Positions 9,738 to 20,473 of a stretch of 64,000 bases of DNA are shown one piece after another; position 1 is the first letter of the stretch; every line of letters begins with the position of its first letter. The stretch spans positions 1,670,132-1,734,131 of the forward strand of contig CAVXEU010000002.1 of the NCBI GenBank assembly GCA_963760915.1, read 5' to 3'. The notes below the pieces were generated by a model that ran no database searches, was not told the DNA's origin, and worked only from the letters and a program-made list of their open reading frames with translations. Both the position numbers and the translations under genes were made by a program. The DNA is from an uncultured Bacteroidales bacterium. GTDB taxonomy: Bacteria > Bacteroidota > Bacteroidia > Bacteroidales > VadinHA17.

Positions 9738-10832
9738 ATGAATAAAAGACTGAGATTAAGTATTACCGTAATTATAATAATTTTTCTTGCCGGTATTATC
9801 TTCTATCCTAAATATAAACCACTGCTTGCCAATAAGATGAAAGGTCAGAATACAGACCGGCCGTTTATAAGACAGGATCAGCAGAAGTTAAATGCCATTG
9901 GATATATTATAGTACCTACATTTCTGAGTGAGTATGTCAATTCAACGGGTACACTCAAGCCAGATGAAGAGACGGATCTGTCTTTTGAAACTTCCGGAAA
10001 AATTGTAGGCATCAATTTTACTGAAGGGACTCATGTAAAAAAAGGAGATTTACTCGCAAAAATAAATGACCGGCCACTGCAGGCACAGCTCGAAAAGCTT
10101 GAGGCACAGTTAAAAATGGCAGATGCGAAAGAATTCAGGCAGAGGAGTTTGTTAGACAAGGATGCAATCAGTCAGGAGAGCTATGATCAGATTGTTACTG
10201 ACGTACAAAGTATTAATGCTGATATCAATCTAATTAAAGCACGGATATCTGAAACTGAACTCAGAGCACCATTTGATGGAATTATTGGTCTTCGCAATCT
10301 CAGTGAAGGATTTTTTGCCACACCTGCAACAAAAATTGCCAGGCTTATTAAAACAAGCCCGCTCAAAATTGAATTCTCAATACCCGAAAAATACGCTCAG
10401 GAGATTGAGATCGGCTATCCTATAACATTTGCTATTGATGGTAATCCAAAAGTATTTAATGCTTCAGTTTATGCCGTTGATCCTAAGATTGATATCGAAA
10501 CCAGAACAATAGTACTTCGTGCATTATATCCTAATAAAAATGAAGAACTCAAATCGGGCCGATATGCAGGAATTACTTTACAGATGTCTCAAATAAAAGA
10601 TGCTATCGCCATTCCATCAGAGGCTCTTATTCCGGAAATGGACGGGGAAAAAGTATTCGTGTACAAAAATGGAAAAGCTCAATCGGTAAAAGTAACCACA
10701 GGCTTAAGAACTGAATCAAAAATTCAGATCTTAAACGGACTTCAGTTCGGAGATACGCTGATCACATCTGGAATTATGCAGTTAAGACAGAATCTTTCAG
10801 TTGTGCTTGACACTGTTATTATAAATAAATAA
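9738..10832 (+). CDS. efflux RND transporter periplasmic adaptor (membrane fusion protein)
   Basis: N-terminal anchor, a coiled-coil hairpin region (LEKLEAQLKMADAKE), and lipoyl/beta-barrel-like segments. It is the first gene of an MFP-RND-OMF operon. Confidence 0.9.
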   Translation: MNKRLRLSITVIIIIFLAGIIFYPKYKPLLANKMKGQNTDRPFIRQDQQKLNAIGYIIVPTFLSEYVNSTGTLKPDEETDLSFETSGKIVGINFTEGTHVKKGDLLAKINDRPLQAQLEKLEAQLKMADAKEFRQRSLLDKDAISQESYDQIVTDVQSINADINLIKARISETELRAPFDGIIGLRNLSEGFFATPATKIARLIKTSPLKIEFSIPEKYAQEIEIGYPITFAIDGNPKVFNASVYAVDPKIDIETRTIVLRALYPNKNEELKSGRYAGITLQMSQIKDAIAIPSEALIPEMDGEKVFVYKNGKAQSVKVTTGLRTESKIQILNGLQFGDTLITSGIMQLRQNLSVVLDTVIINK

Positions 10833-10848
10833 CCGGAAATAATAATAT

Positions 10849-13800
10849 ATGAGTTTATCTTCAGTAAGTATAAACAGACCGGTATTAGCAACCGTATTTG
10901 CTATTTTGATACTGTTATTCGGAGTAGTAGGACTCACTTATCTCGGGATCCGGGAATTTCCGAGCGTAGATCCACCAATTATATCAGTTAGCACCTCATA
11001 CCCCGGGGCAAATTCAGATGTTATTGAAACACAGATTACTGAGCCTCTTGAGCAATCAATAAACGGGATTCCTGGTATACGGTCCCTTACCAGCGTCAGT
11101 CGTACAGGTGGAAGTAATATTACTGTAGAATTTGAGCTTTCCGTCGACATGGAAACTGCTGCCAATGATACCCGGGATAAAGTATCTCAGGCAATGAGAA
11201 TGCTTCCCCGTGATTGCGATCCTCCTACCGTAGCAAAAGCTGACGCTGATGCCAGTCCCATAATGTTTCTTACTATCGAGAGCAAGAAAAGATCACTTCT
11301 TGAAATTTCGGAAATTGCAGAACTGACCATTAAGGAACAATTGCAGACTATTTCAGGGGTAAGTGCAATTATGGTATGGGGAGAGAAACGTTATGCAATG
11401 CGCTTATGGCTTGATCCTGTCAAACTGGCCGGTTATAAACTGACCCCGATGGACGTCAGGAACGCTATTTCACGTGAAAATATTGAATTGCCGTCAGGGT
11501 CAATCGAAGGTGATAATACTCAGCTGACTATCAGAACATTAGGATTAATGACCACGCCAAAAGAGTTTAATGATCTGATTATTAAGCAGTCGGGAGATCA
11601 GATTGTCCGTTTTCAGGATATCGGGCGTGCAGAACTTGGTCCTGAAGATATAAGGGGAATTTTAAAAAGAGATGGTGTTCCGATGGTAGGTAATGCAATT
11701 GTTCCACAGCCAGGCGCTAACCAGATTGATATTGTGGATGAGGTTTACCGGCGTCTTGAATATATTAAGAAGGATCTTCCTGAAGATGTCGTTATTAAGG
11801 TTGGTTTTGATAATACTCAATATATACGTTCCTCCATAAAAGAGGTTAAAAACACTATATATATTGCTTTCCTCCTTGTGGTACTGATTATCTATTTCTT
11901 TCTGAGAAGCTGGCGGGCAACACTAATACCAATAATGGTAATACCTGTCTCACTTATCGGAGCTTTCTTTATAATGTACCTGGCAAATTATTCAATTAAT
12001 GTACTAACGCTGCTGGCAATAGTACTTGCAATCGGTATTGTTGTTGATGACGCGATTGTCGTAATGGAGAATATTTATGTTAAGGTAGAAAACGGAATGC
12101 CACCTGTCAAGGCAGGACTTGAAGGATCCAAAGAGATATATTTTGCTATTATTTCAACAACTATCACTCTTATATCTGTATTCTTTCCAATTGTATTTCT
12201 TCAGGGAATAACCGGGAGGCTCTTCCGGGAATTTGCGGTTGTGATGGCTGGTACCGTTGGTATATCAGCATTTCTTGCGTTATCATTAACACCAATGGTT
12301 TCAACAAAACTGTTAAAACAGGAAACCAGACATAGCTGGTTTTACAGGAAAACAGAAAAATTCTTTAATAATCTGAACAACAGTTATCGTCAACTGCTCG
12401 AAACTTTTCTTAGACGACGGAATCTTACATTCGTTATCATAGCTTTTTCTTTCGGACTCATAATATTATTTTGGAAAGCTATTCCGGCTGAAATGGCGCC
12501 GCTTGAGGACAGGTCGCAGATAAACATCAATACTTCGGCACAGGAGGGGGCAACATACGAATATGTGCTAAACTATGTTGACGATCTGGCAAAAACTGTA
12601 AATGACCTTGTTCCTGAGCGTGATGGGGTCATTTCGATGATAAGAAGCGGGAGTGGTAATGTACGGATAACTCTTCTGAACCCTGATAAAAGAAAACGTA
12701 CACAACAGGAAATTGCAGATCAGTTGAGTTTAGCCTTGAGGAAAAAAACCAAAGCCAGAGCTATGGTTATGCAACAGTCAACCTTCGGCGGAAGGCGTGC
12801 CGGTATGCCTATTCAGTATGTTTTACAGGCAACAACCATTGATAAGCTTAGAGAAATTCTTCCTGTTTTTATGTCGAAAGTGATGGAAAATCCGACTTTC
12901 CAGATGGCTGATGTCAACCTGAAGTTTACCAAGCCTGAACTCAGAATTCATATAGACAGAGATAAGGCAAGCGCACTGGGTGTAACTACGCAGAATATAG
13001 GACAGACCCTTCAGCTTGCTTTGAGCGGACAGCGGTTCGGGTACTTCTTTATGAATGGAAAACAGTACCAGATATTAGGGGATCTTGCACGTAGCGATCG
13101 TAATAAACCATTGGATCTTAAATCATTATATGTAAGAAATAATGCAGGTGATATGATCCAGTTTGATAATCTGGTAACCCTGTCAGAGGAAACTGCACCC
13201 CCGCAACTTTATCGTTATAACAGATTTGTAGCAGCTACAGTTTCTGCAGGGCTGGAGAAAGGGAAATCAATAAGTCAGGGGCTTGACGAAATGGATAAGA
13301 TAGCCAAAGAAGTACTTGATGATACATTCAGAACAGCACTGGCAGGGGACTCAAAAGATTTCAAAGAGAGTTCATCGAGCCTTATGTTTGCTTTTATGCT
13401 GGCGCTTGTGTTGATCTTCCTTGTTTTGTCTGCACAGTTTGAGAGCTTCAAAGATCCTTTTATTGTTATGATGACAGTCCCGCTTGCGCTTACCGGAGCA
13501 CTTTTATTCATGTGGTATTTTAATGTAACAATGAATATATTCAGCCAGATTGGAATTATCATGCTGGTTGGACTGGTAACTAAAAACGGCATTTTGATAG
13601 TGGAATTTGCTAACCAGAGAAAGAATGCAGGTATGTCGAAAATTGAAGCTATTAAATTTGCAGCAGCATCGCGATTCAGGCCTATTCTGATGACCAGCCT
13701 TGCAACAATACTTGGTATTATGCCTCTGGCTCTTGGTTTAGGTGAAGGGGCACAGAGCCGTATATCGATGGGGGTTGCAGTTGTCGGAGGAATGTTATTT

Positions 13801-13893
13801 TCAACGTTACTTACACTCTTTGTAGTTCCGGCTTTCTATACATTTATTTCAAGTGAAACAAAAATATCTGAAAATGAGGCTTCATTATCCTAG
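10849..13893 (+). CDS. efflux RND transporter permease (AcrB/HAE1 type)
   Basis: 1014 aa with 12-TM RND architecture. AcrB-like N-terminus SINRPVLATVFAILILLFG, plus VDDAIVVMENI. Confidence 0.95.
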   Translation: MSLSSVSINRPVLATVFAILILLFGVVGLTYLGIREFPSVDPPIISVSTSYPGANSDVIETQITEPLEQSINGIPGIRSLTSVSRTGGSNITVEFELSVDMETAANDTRDKVSQAMRMLPRDCDPPTVAKADADASPIMFLTIESKKRSLLEISEIAELTIKEQLQTISGVSAIMVWGEKRYAMRLWLDPVKLAGYKLTPMDVRNAISRENIELPSGSIEGDNTQLTIRTLGLMTTPKEFNDLIIKQSGDQIVRFQDIGRAELGPEDIRGILKRDGVPMVGNAIVPQPGANQIDIVDEVYRRLEYIKKDLPEDVVIKVGFDNTQYIRSSIKEVKNTIYIAFLLVVLIIYFFLRSWRATLIPIMVIPVSLIGAFFIMYLANYSINVLTLLAIVLAIGIVVDDAIVVMENIYVKVENGMPPVKAGLEGSKEIYFAIISTTITLISVFFPIVFLQGITGRLFREFAVVMAGTVGISAFLALSLTPMVSTKLLKQETRHSWFYRKTEKFFNNLNNSYRQLLETFLRRRNLTFVIIAFSFGLIILFWKAIPAEMAPLEDRSQININTSAQEGATYEYVLNYVDDLAKTVNDLVPERDGVISMIRSGSGNVRITLLNPDKRKRTQQEIADQLSLALRKKTKARAMVMQQSTFGGRRAGMPIQYVLQATTIDKLREILPVFMSKVMENPTFQMADVNLKFTKPELRIHIDRDKASALGVTTQNIGQTLQLALSGQRFGYFFMNGKQYQILGDLARSDRNKPLDLKSLYVRNNAGDMIQFDNLVTLSEETAPPQLYRYNRFVAATVSAGLEKGKSISQGLDEMDKIAKEVLDDTFRTALAGDSKDFKESSSSLMFAFMLALVLIFLVLSAQFESFKDPFIVMMTVPLALTGALLFMWYFNVTMNIFSQIGIIMLVGLVTKNGILIVEFANQRKNAGMSKIEAIKFAAASRFRPILMTSLATILGIMPLALGLGEGAQSRISMGVAVVGGMLFSTLLTLFVVPAFYTFISSETKISENEASLS

Positions 13894-15196
13894 CTTACTT
13901 ACTTTTTTAATATTGTCAGTCATCCCGGTACAAGGTCAAAATGTTTACGGACTAAAAGATTGTATATCAGTCGGATTGGAAAGAAATTTCTCAATACTTA
14001 TCGCCAGGAACAGCGAGACAATATCAAAAAATAATTATACTCTGGGCAATGCCGGTTTCTTACCAACATTAGATCTCAATGGCCGGCAAAGCGGAACACT
14101 TAATAATAGCACATTAAATCTCACAGACGGGACGCAAAATGTTTCCAACGGAGTATTCAATACAACAACAAATGGCTCAGTTGTGCTGGGCATGACTATT
14201 TTTAATGGATTTAACGCCGTTACATCATATAAAAAACTTGGCGAACTGAATCAGATAGGAATATTGAATACCCAACTTACCATTGAAAACCTTATTTCCA
14301 ACATAGTTTCAGGTTATTACAACTATATCCTGCAGGTCCAGCTTATGAACAATCTGAAATATGCATTAACCCTGTCAAGGGAAAGACTAAGGATTGATGA
14401 AACCCGATATCTTCTTGGCTCAGGATCTAAACTGGAAGTTTTGCAGTCACAGGTTTACGTCAACTCTGACAGTTCAAATCTTTCAAGACAAAATGAAGTA
14501 GTGATATCTGCACAGATCAGGTTGAATGAAATGATGGCCGTGGAAAATCTGGGTAACGAATTCTCAACAAGGGACACTTCCATTGATGTAAATCCCAACC
14601 TGCTTTATGAAAAGCTTCTGGAGGAAACTCTTTTAAGCAATACAAGTCTTCTTATTGCTTCCAAAAACAAAATTATTTCTGATTATGATTATAAGTTAAT
14701 AGTCTCAAGGTCTTATCCTTATCTTAATTTTTCCGGTGGTTACAGTTATAATCTGAATACCTATTCAAAGAGCGTAAACAAGAATCTGATTACTAACGGG
14801 ATGAACTACGGACTGACACTTGGCTTTAACCTCTTCGACGGAAACAATCAGAGACGCAGCATTCGAAATTCTGCAATTGACAGAGACAACAAGGACCTTT
14901 TGTATCGTGAGATCGAACAGGGAATAAGAGCAGATCTGCTGACGATTTACAGTGCATATAATAACAATCTTAGGCTCATATCCCTTGAAAAACAGAACTT
15001 CCAGACTGCAACAGAAAACCTTGATATTGCTCTGGAGAGATATAAACTGGGTAGTCTTTCCGGGATAGATCTTCGTGAGGTGCAGAAAAGTCTGCTGGAT
15101 GCCAGAGAAAGATTAATATCGGCGAACTATCAGACTAAACTTGCAGAGATATCACTCCAGCTTGTCTCCGGTAAAATAATGACATATTTTCAATAG
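13874..15196 (+). CDS. TolC family outer membrane efflux protein
   Basis: Two-repeat TolC-like helical pattern at the end of the RND operon. The ORF-track start at 13853 is GTG. The ATG at 13874 gives the signal peptide MRLHYPSLLTFLILSVIPVQG. Confidence 0.85.
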   Translation: MRLHYPSLLTFLILSVIPVQGQNVYGLKDCISVGLERNFSILIARNSETISKNNYTLGNAGFLPTLDLNGRQSGTLNNSTLNLTDGTQNVSNGVFNTTTNGSVVLGMTIFNGFNAVTSYKKLGELNQIGILNTQLTIENLISNIVSGYYNYILQVQLMNNLKYALTLSRERLRIDETRYLLGSGSKLEVLQSQVYVNSDSSNLSRQNEVVISAQIRLNEMMAVENLGNEFSTRDTSIDVNPNLLYEKLLEETLLSNTSLLIASKNKIISDYDYKLIVSRSYPYLNFSGGYSYNLNTYSKSVNKNLITNGMNYGLTLGFNLFDGNNQRRSIRNSAIDRDNKDLLYREIEQGIRADLLTIYSAYNNNLRLISLEKQNFQTATENLDIALERYKLGSLSGIDLREVQKSLLDARERLISANYQTKLAEISLQLVSGKIMTYFQ

Positions 15197-15239
15197 AAAA
15201 GTTTCGTGTTAAGCATTTCGTGTAATCATCAGATTATCG

Positions 15240-15247
15240 TAAATTTG
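15240..15247 (+). promoter_or_regulatory. Bacteroidota -7 promoter box TAAATTTG
   Basis: Exact TAnnTTTG match 17 nt upstream of the ATG at 15264. Confidence 0.4.
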
Positions 15248-15263
15248 GTGCTTAATTTTTTTT

Positions 15264-16127
15264 ATGGAAAAGAAGACTGAATTAATAACCAATAAAGACG
15301 GAAGTATATTCCATCTTAATCTCCTGCCTGGAGATATAGCTCATAAAATAATAATTGTTGGTGATCCTGGACGCGTGGAAATGTTTGCGTCGCTCATGCA
15401 GGAAGTAAGAGTGAGGAAGGAGAACAGGGAGTTTCATACCGTCACCGGTACCTTTGATTTACAAGAAATTACGGTGATCTCTTCGGGTATAGGTCCTGAC
15501 AATATCGATATCCTCATCAATGAGCTTGATGCGCTTGTGAACATAGATCTGGCTACTGGTATAATTAAGGAAGAACCTGTTTCACTTACATTAATCAGGC
15601 TTGGCACTTCAGGAGGTCTCAGGGAGGATATACCAGCAGGATCGTGTGTGATGGCTGAAACCGCCATCGGATTTGATGGTCTTCTTCATTTTTATGAAGG
15701 GTATGACTGGATCCTTGATACAGGTCTCGCTGATGCATTAGCTGATTATCTTGAGTGGCCAGACACACTCTCCTACCCTTATGCGGTAAATGCCGACAAG
15801 GAGCTTCTGGAACTATTCGGCAGTGAGAATTTCACCAAAGGCATTACTATCTCTGCCCCCGGTTTTTATGCTCCTCAGGGAAGGAGATTAAGACTCGAAA
15901 CCTTTGATAATGAGATCAACCAGAAGCTGTCGGAATTCTCATACGGAAGAAGGACAATAAGCAACTATGAGATGGAAAGTTCTGCTATTTATGGATTGTC
16001 AGCATTACTCGGTCACAAAGCACTCACCATATGCCTGGTTATCGGAAACCGTGTAACAGGAGAATTTGTTCAGGATTACAAGCCTCTAATGAGTGATCTG
16101 GCTCTTAAGGTGTTTAATATTATATGA
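15264..16127 (+). CDS. nucleoside phosphorylase (PNP/UDP phosphorylase family 1)
   Basis: GDPGRV, RLGTSGGL and YEMESSAIY are typical of uridine/purine nucleoside phosphorylases. Confidence 0.8.
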   Translation: MEKKTELITNKDGSIFHLNLLPGDIAHKIIIVGDPGRVEMFASLMQEVRVRKENREFHTVTGTFDLQEITVISSGIGPDNIDILINELDALVNIDLATGIIKEEPVSLTLIRLGTSGGLREDIPAGSCVMAETAIGFDGLLHFYEGYDWILDTGLADALADYLEWPDTLSYPYAVNADKELLELFGSENFTKGITISAPGFYAPQGRRLRLETFDNEINQKLSEFSYGRRTISNYEMESSAIYGLSALLGHKALTICLVIGNRVTGEFVQDYKPLMSDLALKVFNII

Positions 16128-16164
16128 CCTGAAATCTGTCTCTTGGATTTAGTGCAAATTTGAA

Positions 16165-16172
16165 TATATTTG
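16165..16172 (+). promoter_or_regulatory. Bacteroidota -7 promoter box TATATTTG
   Basis: Exact TAnnTTTG match 28 nt upstream of the ATG at 16200. Confidence 0.4.
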
Positions 16173-16199
16173 TAAAACTAACAAGTCAATTTACAAACA

Positions 16200-17189
16200 A
16201 TGTCTGAGAACACAACTAATAATAAGAACGTCAGGGATGACGAAATTGATCTTTTGGATCTATTCAGGAGGATGGGCAGAACACTGTCACACTGGGGCAA
16301 TGCATTAGGCAGGGCATTTCTTATTTCTGTAATATTTCTGTTAAAACGCTGGTTGCCGCTGGGACTCAGCATTGCGATTGGAGTTGGTGCAGCTTACCTA
16401 TTCAAGGCAACATCTGACTCCTCCTTTACTTCCGATCTTGTTCTGAGGACAAACGCACCAACTACAGCTGAAATGATCTCTTATCTGAACAGGCTGCATA
16501 CATTTTGCAGAGAACAGAATAAACAAGCATTATCCGAAGCTTTATCCATTAAACCAGATCAGGTAGATAATATCAGTGATATCAGCGCTTACTGGATAAT
16601 TGATAACGGGAGGGACGGTATTCCTGATTATGTTGATTACAACAATAACCACAATGTTTATGACACAGTAAATGTCAGGATGCTGGACCGTCTTGATATC
16701 AGAGCAAGTACCAAATCACCGCAGGAACTTTATGCTGTTCGCGACGGTATAATTAAATTTATAAAATCTGATCAATTATTCCAGCAACGCAATGCTGTGA
16801 GGTTAAGGCAAAACCAGGAAATGCTGACAAGGCTTGATTATGATATACTCCAGCTAGACAGTTTGCAGAAAGTAAAATATTTTGAAGAAACCAGAAACAT
16901 GCAGCCAAAGGCTGGTGGTCAAATGATATTTCTTCAGGAGCAGAAGACACAGTTGCTTTATAGTGACATTTATGAACTGTATGCAAAGAAACAAGCCCTG
17001 GAATCAGAACGGGACTTGTACCCTGATCTTGTGACTGTTCTGAGTGAGTTTTCGATACCTGCAAAAAGAACAAATGGGGGCATGTATTATGCTAAAAGGG
17101 TTGTTCCGATCTTATTTGGACTGACTCTTCTAATATTGATAATTTTGGCTAATAAAAAGAAGCTAACAGATATATTTAACAAATACTAA
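16200..17189 (+). CDS. putative polysaccharide co-polymerase (Wzz-like chain-length determinant topology)
   Basis: N-terminal DEIDLLDLFRR followed by a TM span, a long soluble middle part, and one C-terminal TM span (VVPILFGLTLLILIILA). It sits at the edge of the glycan region. Topology-based call only. Confidence 0.45.
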   Translation: MSENTTNNKNVRDDEIDLLDLFRRMGRTLSHWGNALGRAFLISVIFLLKRWLPLGLSIAIGVGAAYLFKATSDSSFTSDLVLRTNAPTTAEMISYLNRLHTFCREQNKQALSEALSIKPDQVDNISDISAYWIIDNGRDGIPDYVDYNNNHNVYDTVNVRMLDRLDIRASTKSPQELYAVRDGIIKFIKSDQLFQQRNAVRLRQNQEMLTRLDYDILQLDSLQKVKYFEETRNMQPKAGGQMIFLQEQKTQLLYSDIYELYAKKQALESERDLYPDLVTVLSEFSIPAKRTNGGMYYAKRVVPILFGLTLLILIILANKKKLTDIFNKY

Positions 17190-17221
17190 AAACAGTTATT
17201 TTTCCAAACTATATAGACAAT

Positions 17222-18520
17222 TTAACTCGATGAAATATATCCATTCTTTTCATATGGAATAAATAAAAATAAAAAAGAAAAGACTGTAAAGTATGATATC
17301 CCTGCTAATCTACTTAACATGGATTCAAAAAGGAAGAAAATAAGGCAGGTTATTATAAATATTGTATATAAAATATTTTTCTTTTTCAGAGATATAAAGA
17401 ATATCCAAGCCATTATACTCAAGAAAAGAATTAATCCAATAATCCCATTTTCTAATAATATCTCCAGATATTCATTATGCGCATTATAACTAAAGCTCAG
17501 CCTTTGTACATTTGCATTTTTATTATATTCTTTTAATAATTCTTCTTTTAAGTCTCCTGTTCCAACTCCTAATATGATATTTTTATCAATTACATGAATC
17601 GCTGATTTCCAAAGATTACCCCTTTCGTCTAGCATAAGAAACTCTTTCAAGGAAGAGCCTCTCAGTTTTTGTGAATAATAGTTGAATCTGGCATTGCCAT
17701 TCAAAACTGAAAAAAAAACTACAAAAAGCATTAAGATACCAAAAAACGAAACAATGAAATTGATATTATTTTTGACTCTATTTATAAAATAAATTGGAAC
17801 TGTCAGTACTATTGCCAGCAATGCTGCCCTTGAAGATAAAAGGTCAAGAGAGATGATCATAAGTATTACGGCAACACGCCATCCCCACCGCGAAATCCAA
17901 TTAACTGATTTATTAAGAATTGCTTCAAAAGCAATGAAAATAGCCATAATTGTATACATTGCAAAATATGAAGGGTGAACTCCCATGGTAAATCCACCCG
18001 AAGAAAAGAAATAATTATTCCAATATCTGTTTTCAGGATAAGGTTTGAATATCCATGCTCCGTTGACATGCTGCAATGATTGCAAGAGAGCATGCATCAG
18101 ACAGATTAGAATATACAAAACGACACCAAGGGCAAAAATCTGAAGTAGTTGTTTTCCATTTTTCTTTATCATTTCACCCGGGTTTTGCAAAAGAAAAGGA
18201 ATAATTAAAAAAGGCAATCTCATAAAAATATTCTCAAATCCATTCTTTAAGTTGCTTGAATAAAGCAACCCTACCATCTGCCAAATATAAAAAGTGATAA
18301 ATAGAGTTAGTAACACACTGTAATCCAAATCGTTTTTCAATAATTTAAGAATCCTTTTGTTCTTGCTGACAATCCAGACAATACACCAAATAACCATTAC
18401 CGGGGGGAAATACCAGCTGTATAAGGATATAGTTATTACAGAAAGGACAGCACAACAGAATGGGAAAAAGCCTTTTTCCTCCAATTCCTTGTATTGTTTT
18501 GATGCAAAAGATATTGTCAT
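17222..18520 (-). CDS. O-antigen ligase / Wzy_C family membrane protein
   Basis: Polytopic membrane protein with SSRAALLAIVL and the Wzy_C signature GVGTGD...NAHNEYLEILLENGIIGLILFL. Confidence 0.75.
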   Translation of the reverse strand: MTISFASKQYKELEEKGFFPFCCAVLSVITISLYSWYFPPVMVIWCIVWIVSKNKRILKLLKNDLDYSVLLTLFITFYIWQMVGLLYSSNLKNGFENIFMRLPFLIIPFLLQNPGEMIKKNGKQLLQIFALGVVLYILICLMHALLQSLQHVNGAWIFKPYPENRYWNNYFFSSGGFTMGVHPSYFAMYTIMAIFIAFEAILNKSVNWISRWGWRVAVILMIISLDLLSSRAALLAIVLTVPIYFINRVKNNINFIVSFFGILMLFVVFFSVLNGNARFNYYSQKLRGSSLKEFLMLDERGNLWKSAIHVIDKNIILGVGTGDLKEELLKEYNKNANVQRLSFSYNAHNEYLEILLENGIIGLILFLSIMAWIFFISLKKKNILYTIFIITCLIFFLFESMLSRLAGISYFTVFSFLFLFIPYEKNGYISSS

Positions 18521-18594
18521 TTCATATATACGTCTTATGTCTTTTACAGTCCATTAAAATATGTAGTAGTTTTGCTTTACTCTTAAAAGTTCAC

Positions 18595-19185
18595 CTAAGA
18601 AATGAAAATTCGCCAAATTGTCTTAAATAAAATCGAAAAATAGTTTTTAATAGAATTGTCATAAATAAACTTCTGATTTAATTCAATCTTCTTAGGCATT
18701 ATATCTTCAACATAGATTTTTTCAGGATTTATAGCCGCCGCAAGTATCTCATTTTCATTATAGAATTCAATTGAAGCATAATCCGTAATGCCCGGCTTTA
18801 CTTTAAGAATTTTCATCTGTTCTGAAGAATAATATTTAACATATTCCAAAACTTCCGGTCGTGGCCCGACTAAACTCATATCACCAAGTATCACATTACA
18901 AAACTGGGGAATTTCATCCAACTTATATTTCCGCAGGAAGCATCCAAACCTGGTCACTCTGCTGTCATGATATCCAATAGTAATAAGTCCATTTAAATCA
19001 GAATCCTGATACATAGTTCTGAATTTGATAAGGCAAAAAAGCACTCCATTTCGCCCCACTCTATCTTGAGTATAAAAGGGTCTCCCTTTAGTTACAAAAA
19101 AGTTAACTAAAATTATTGCCAAAGAAACAGGTAATGTAAGAGTTACAGCAATTATTGAAAGAAATAAGTCAAAGAATCTAATCAT
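18595..19185 (-). CDS. small monotopic phosphoglycosyl transferase (bacterial sugar transferase, PglC/WcfS type)
   Basis: 196 aa with a single N-terminal re-entrant helix. Motifs KFRTM, DEIPQF and GDMSLVGPRP. Confidence 0.9.
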   Translation of the reverse strand: MIRFFDLFLSIIAVTLTLPVSLAIILVNFFVTKGRPFYTQDRVGRNGVLFCLIKFRTMYQDSDLNGLITIGYHDSRVTRFGCFLRKYKLDEIPQFCNVILGDMSLVGPRPEVLEYVKYYSSEQMKILKVKPGITDYASIEFYNENEILAAAINPEKIYVEDIMPKKIELNQKFIYDNSIKNYFSILFKTIWRIFIS

Positions 19186-20399
19186 TTTTTAATGATAGCT
19201 TCAACTGAACTTATAACAGCTGTAAGTACCTCCTCAATTTGATCATCTGTAATATCATAAAAAGTTGGCAAAGTTATTTCACATGCGTAAGCATTAAATG
19301 CAACAGGATAATTTAATGTATTATATCCAAGGTTTTTGTAGAAGGTCAGTTCCGATAATGGAATATAATGTACATTGACTGAAACACCCTTTTCAAGAAT
19401 GCTTTGAATAATCTGATCGCGGATTTCTTCACTCACACCGTAAATACGTAACATATACAGATGATATGACGAAATTCTTTTATTCTTCTCATAGACAGGT
19501 ATTTCAGCCCATTTATATTTCTTAAGTTTAGAACTATATTTATCAAATATCTCCTTAAATCTGACAAGTGTATCCTTCTCATACCTTTCAATTTCCACAA
19601 GACCAATAGAGGCCAAAACATCAGTCATGTTGGCTTTGTACCCGGCATCCAATACATCGTATCGCCACTTTCCACCAACTGTTTTTGTATATGCGTCTTT
19701 ATTCTGGCCATGTAAGGAGAAAATACTAAAATAGTCGTATAATTCCTCATTGCTAAATGGTTTTGGCAAATTAAAAGCAATGGCACCACCCTCGCCGGTA
19801 GTAAGATTCTTTACAGCATGAAATGAAAAAACTGAAACATCTGTAAGGCTGCCCGCTTTTTTATTATAGTAGATAGCGCCCATTGAATGAGCAGAATCGG
19901 ATAATATCAGTATCCGTCCAAGTTTTTCCTGAATTTCATTACCAGGAACAAACAAGTTGTTCACATCATCCCGTGTAACTAAATCGTTTATCCCGTTATA
20001 ATCACAAGGCATTCCACCTAAATCAACCGGAATAATAACTTTTGTTCGGGAGGTTATCGCCTTTTCAATTTCTTTAATTGATATTGTAAAATCATCTGCA
20101 TTAATATCAACAAAAACTGGTTTAGCCCCGGTATGTATAACAACATTGGCAGTAGCGCAATATGTATAAACTGGTAATATAACCTCGTCTCCCTCCTTAA
20201 CACCGAACCATCTTAAAATTAATTCCAATCCGGATGTGGCAGAATTCACACATAATGTTTTTTTGCATCCGCAGAAATCAGTAATCTTCTTTTCAAATAA
20301 TTTAGTCTTCGGGCCAGTTGTAATCCACCCTGAACGAAGAGTATCAACTACTTCATTAATTATTTTTTCGTCAATTCTTGGAGGCGAGAATGGTATCAT
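19182..20399 (-). CDS. DegT/DnrJ/EryC1/StrS family sugar aminotransferase (PglE/WcfR-like)
   Basis: PLP-lysine context SFHAVKNLTTGEGGA. It overlaps the downstream transferase gene by 4 nt. Confidence 0.9.
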   Translation of the reverse strand: MIPFSPPRIDEKIINEVVDTLRSGWITTGPKTKLFEKKITDFCGCKKTLCVNSATSGLELILRWFGVKEGDEVILPVYTYCATANVVIHTGAKPVFVDINADDFTISIKEIEKAITSRTKVIIPVDLGGMPCDYNGINDLVTRDDVNNLFVPGNEIQEKLGRILILSDSAHSMGAIYYNKKAGSLTDVSVFSFHAVKNLTTGEGGAIAFNLPKPFSNEELYDYFSIFSLHGQNKDAYTKTVGGKWRYDVLDAGYKANMTDVLASIGLVEIERYEKDTLVRFKEIFDKYSSKLKKYKWAEIPVYEKNKRISSYHLYMLRIYGVSEEIRDQIIQSILEKGVSVNVHYIPLSELTFYKNLGYNTLNYPVAFNAYACEITLPTFYDITDDQIEEVLTAVISSVEAIIKK

Positions 20400-20473
20400 A
20401 TATAGTGAATTAGTTAAAATCTAATGGAAAAAACTTATGGCTGAATCAATGATTCTGGAAACACAGATTATAA

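Noticed and set aside
13853-13873. GTG-initiated N-terminal extension of the TolC-family gene
   Set aside because: The ATG at 13874 starts a normal signal peptide. The extension would add charged residues in front of it and lengthen the overlap with the RND gene.
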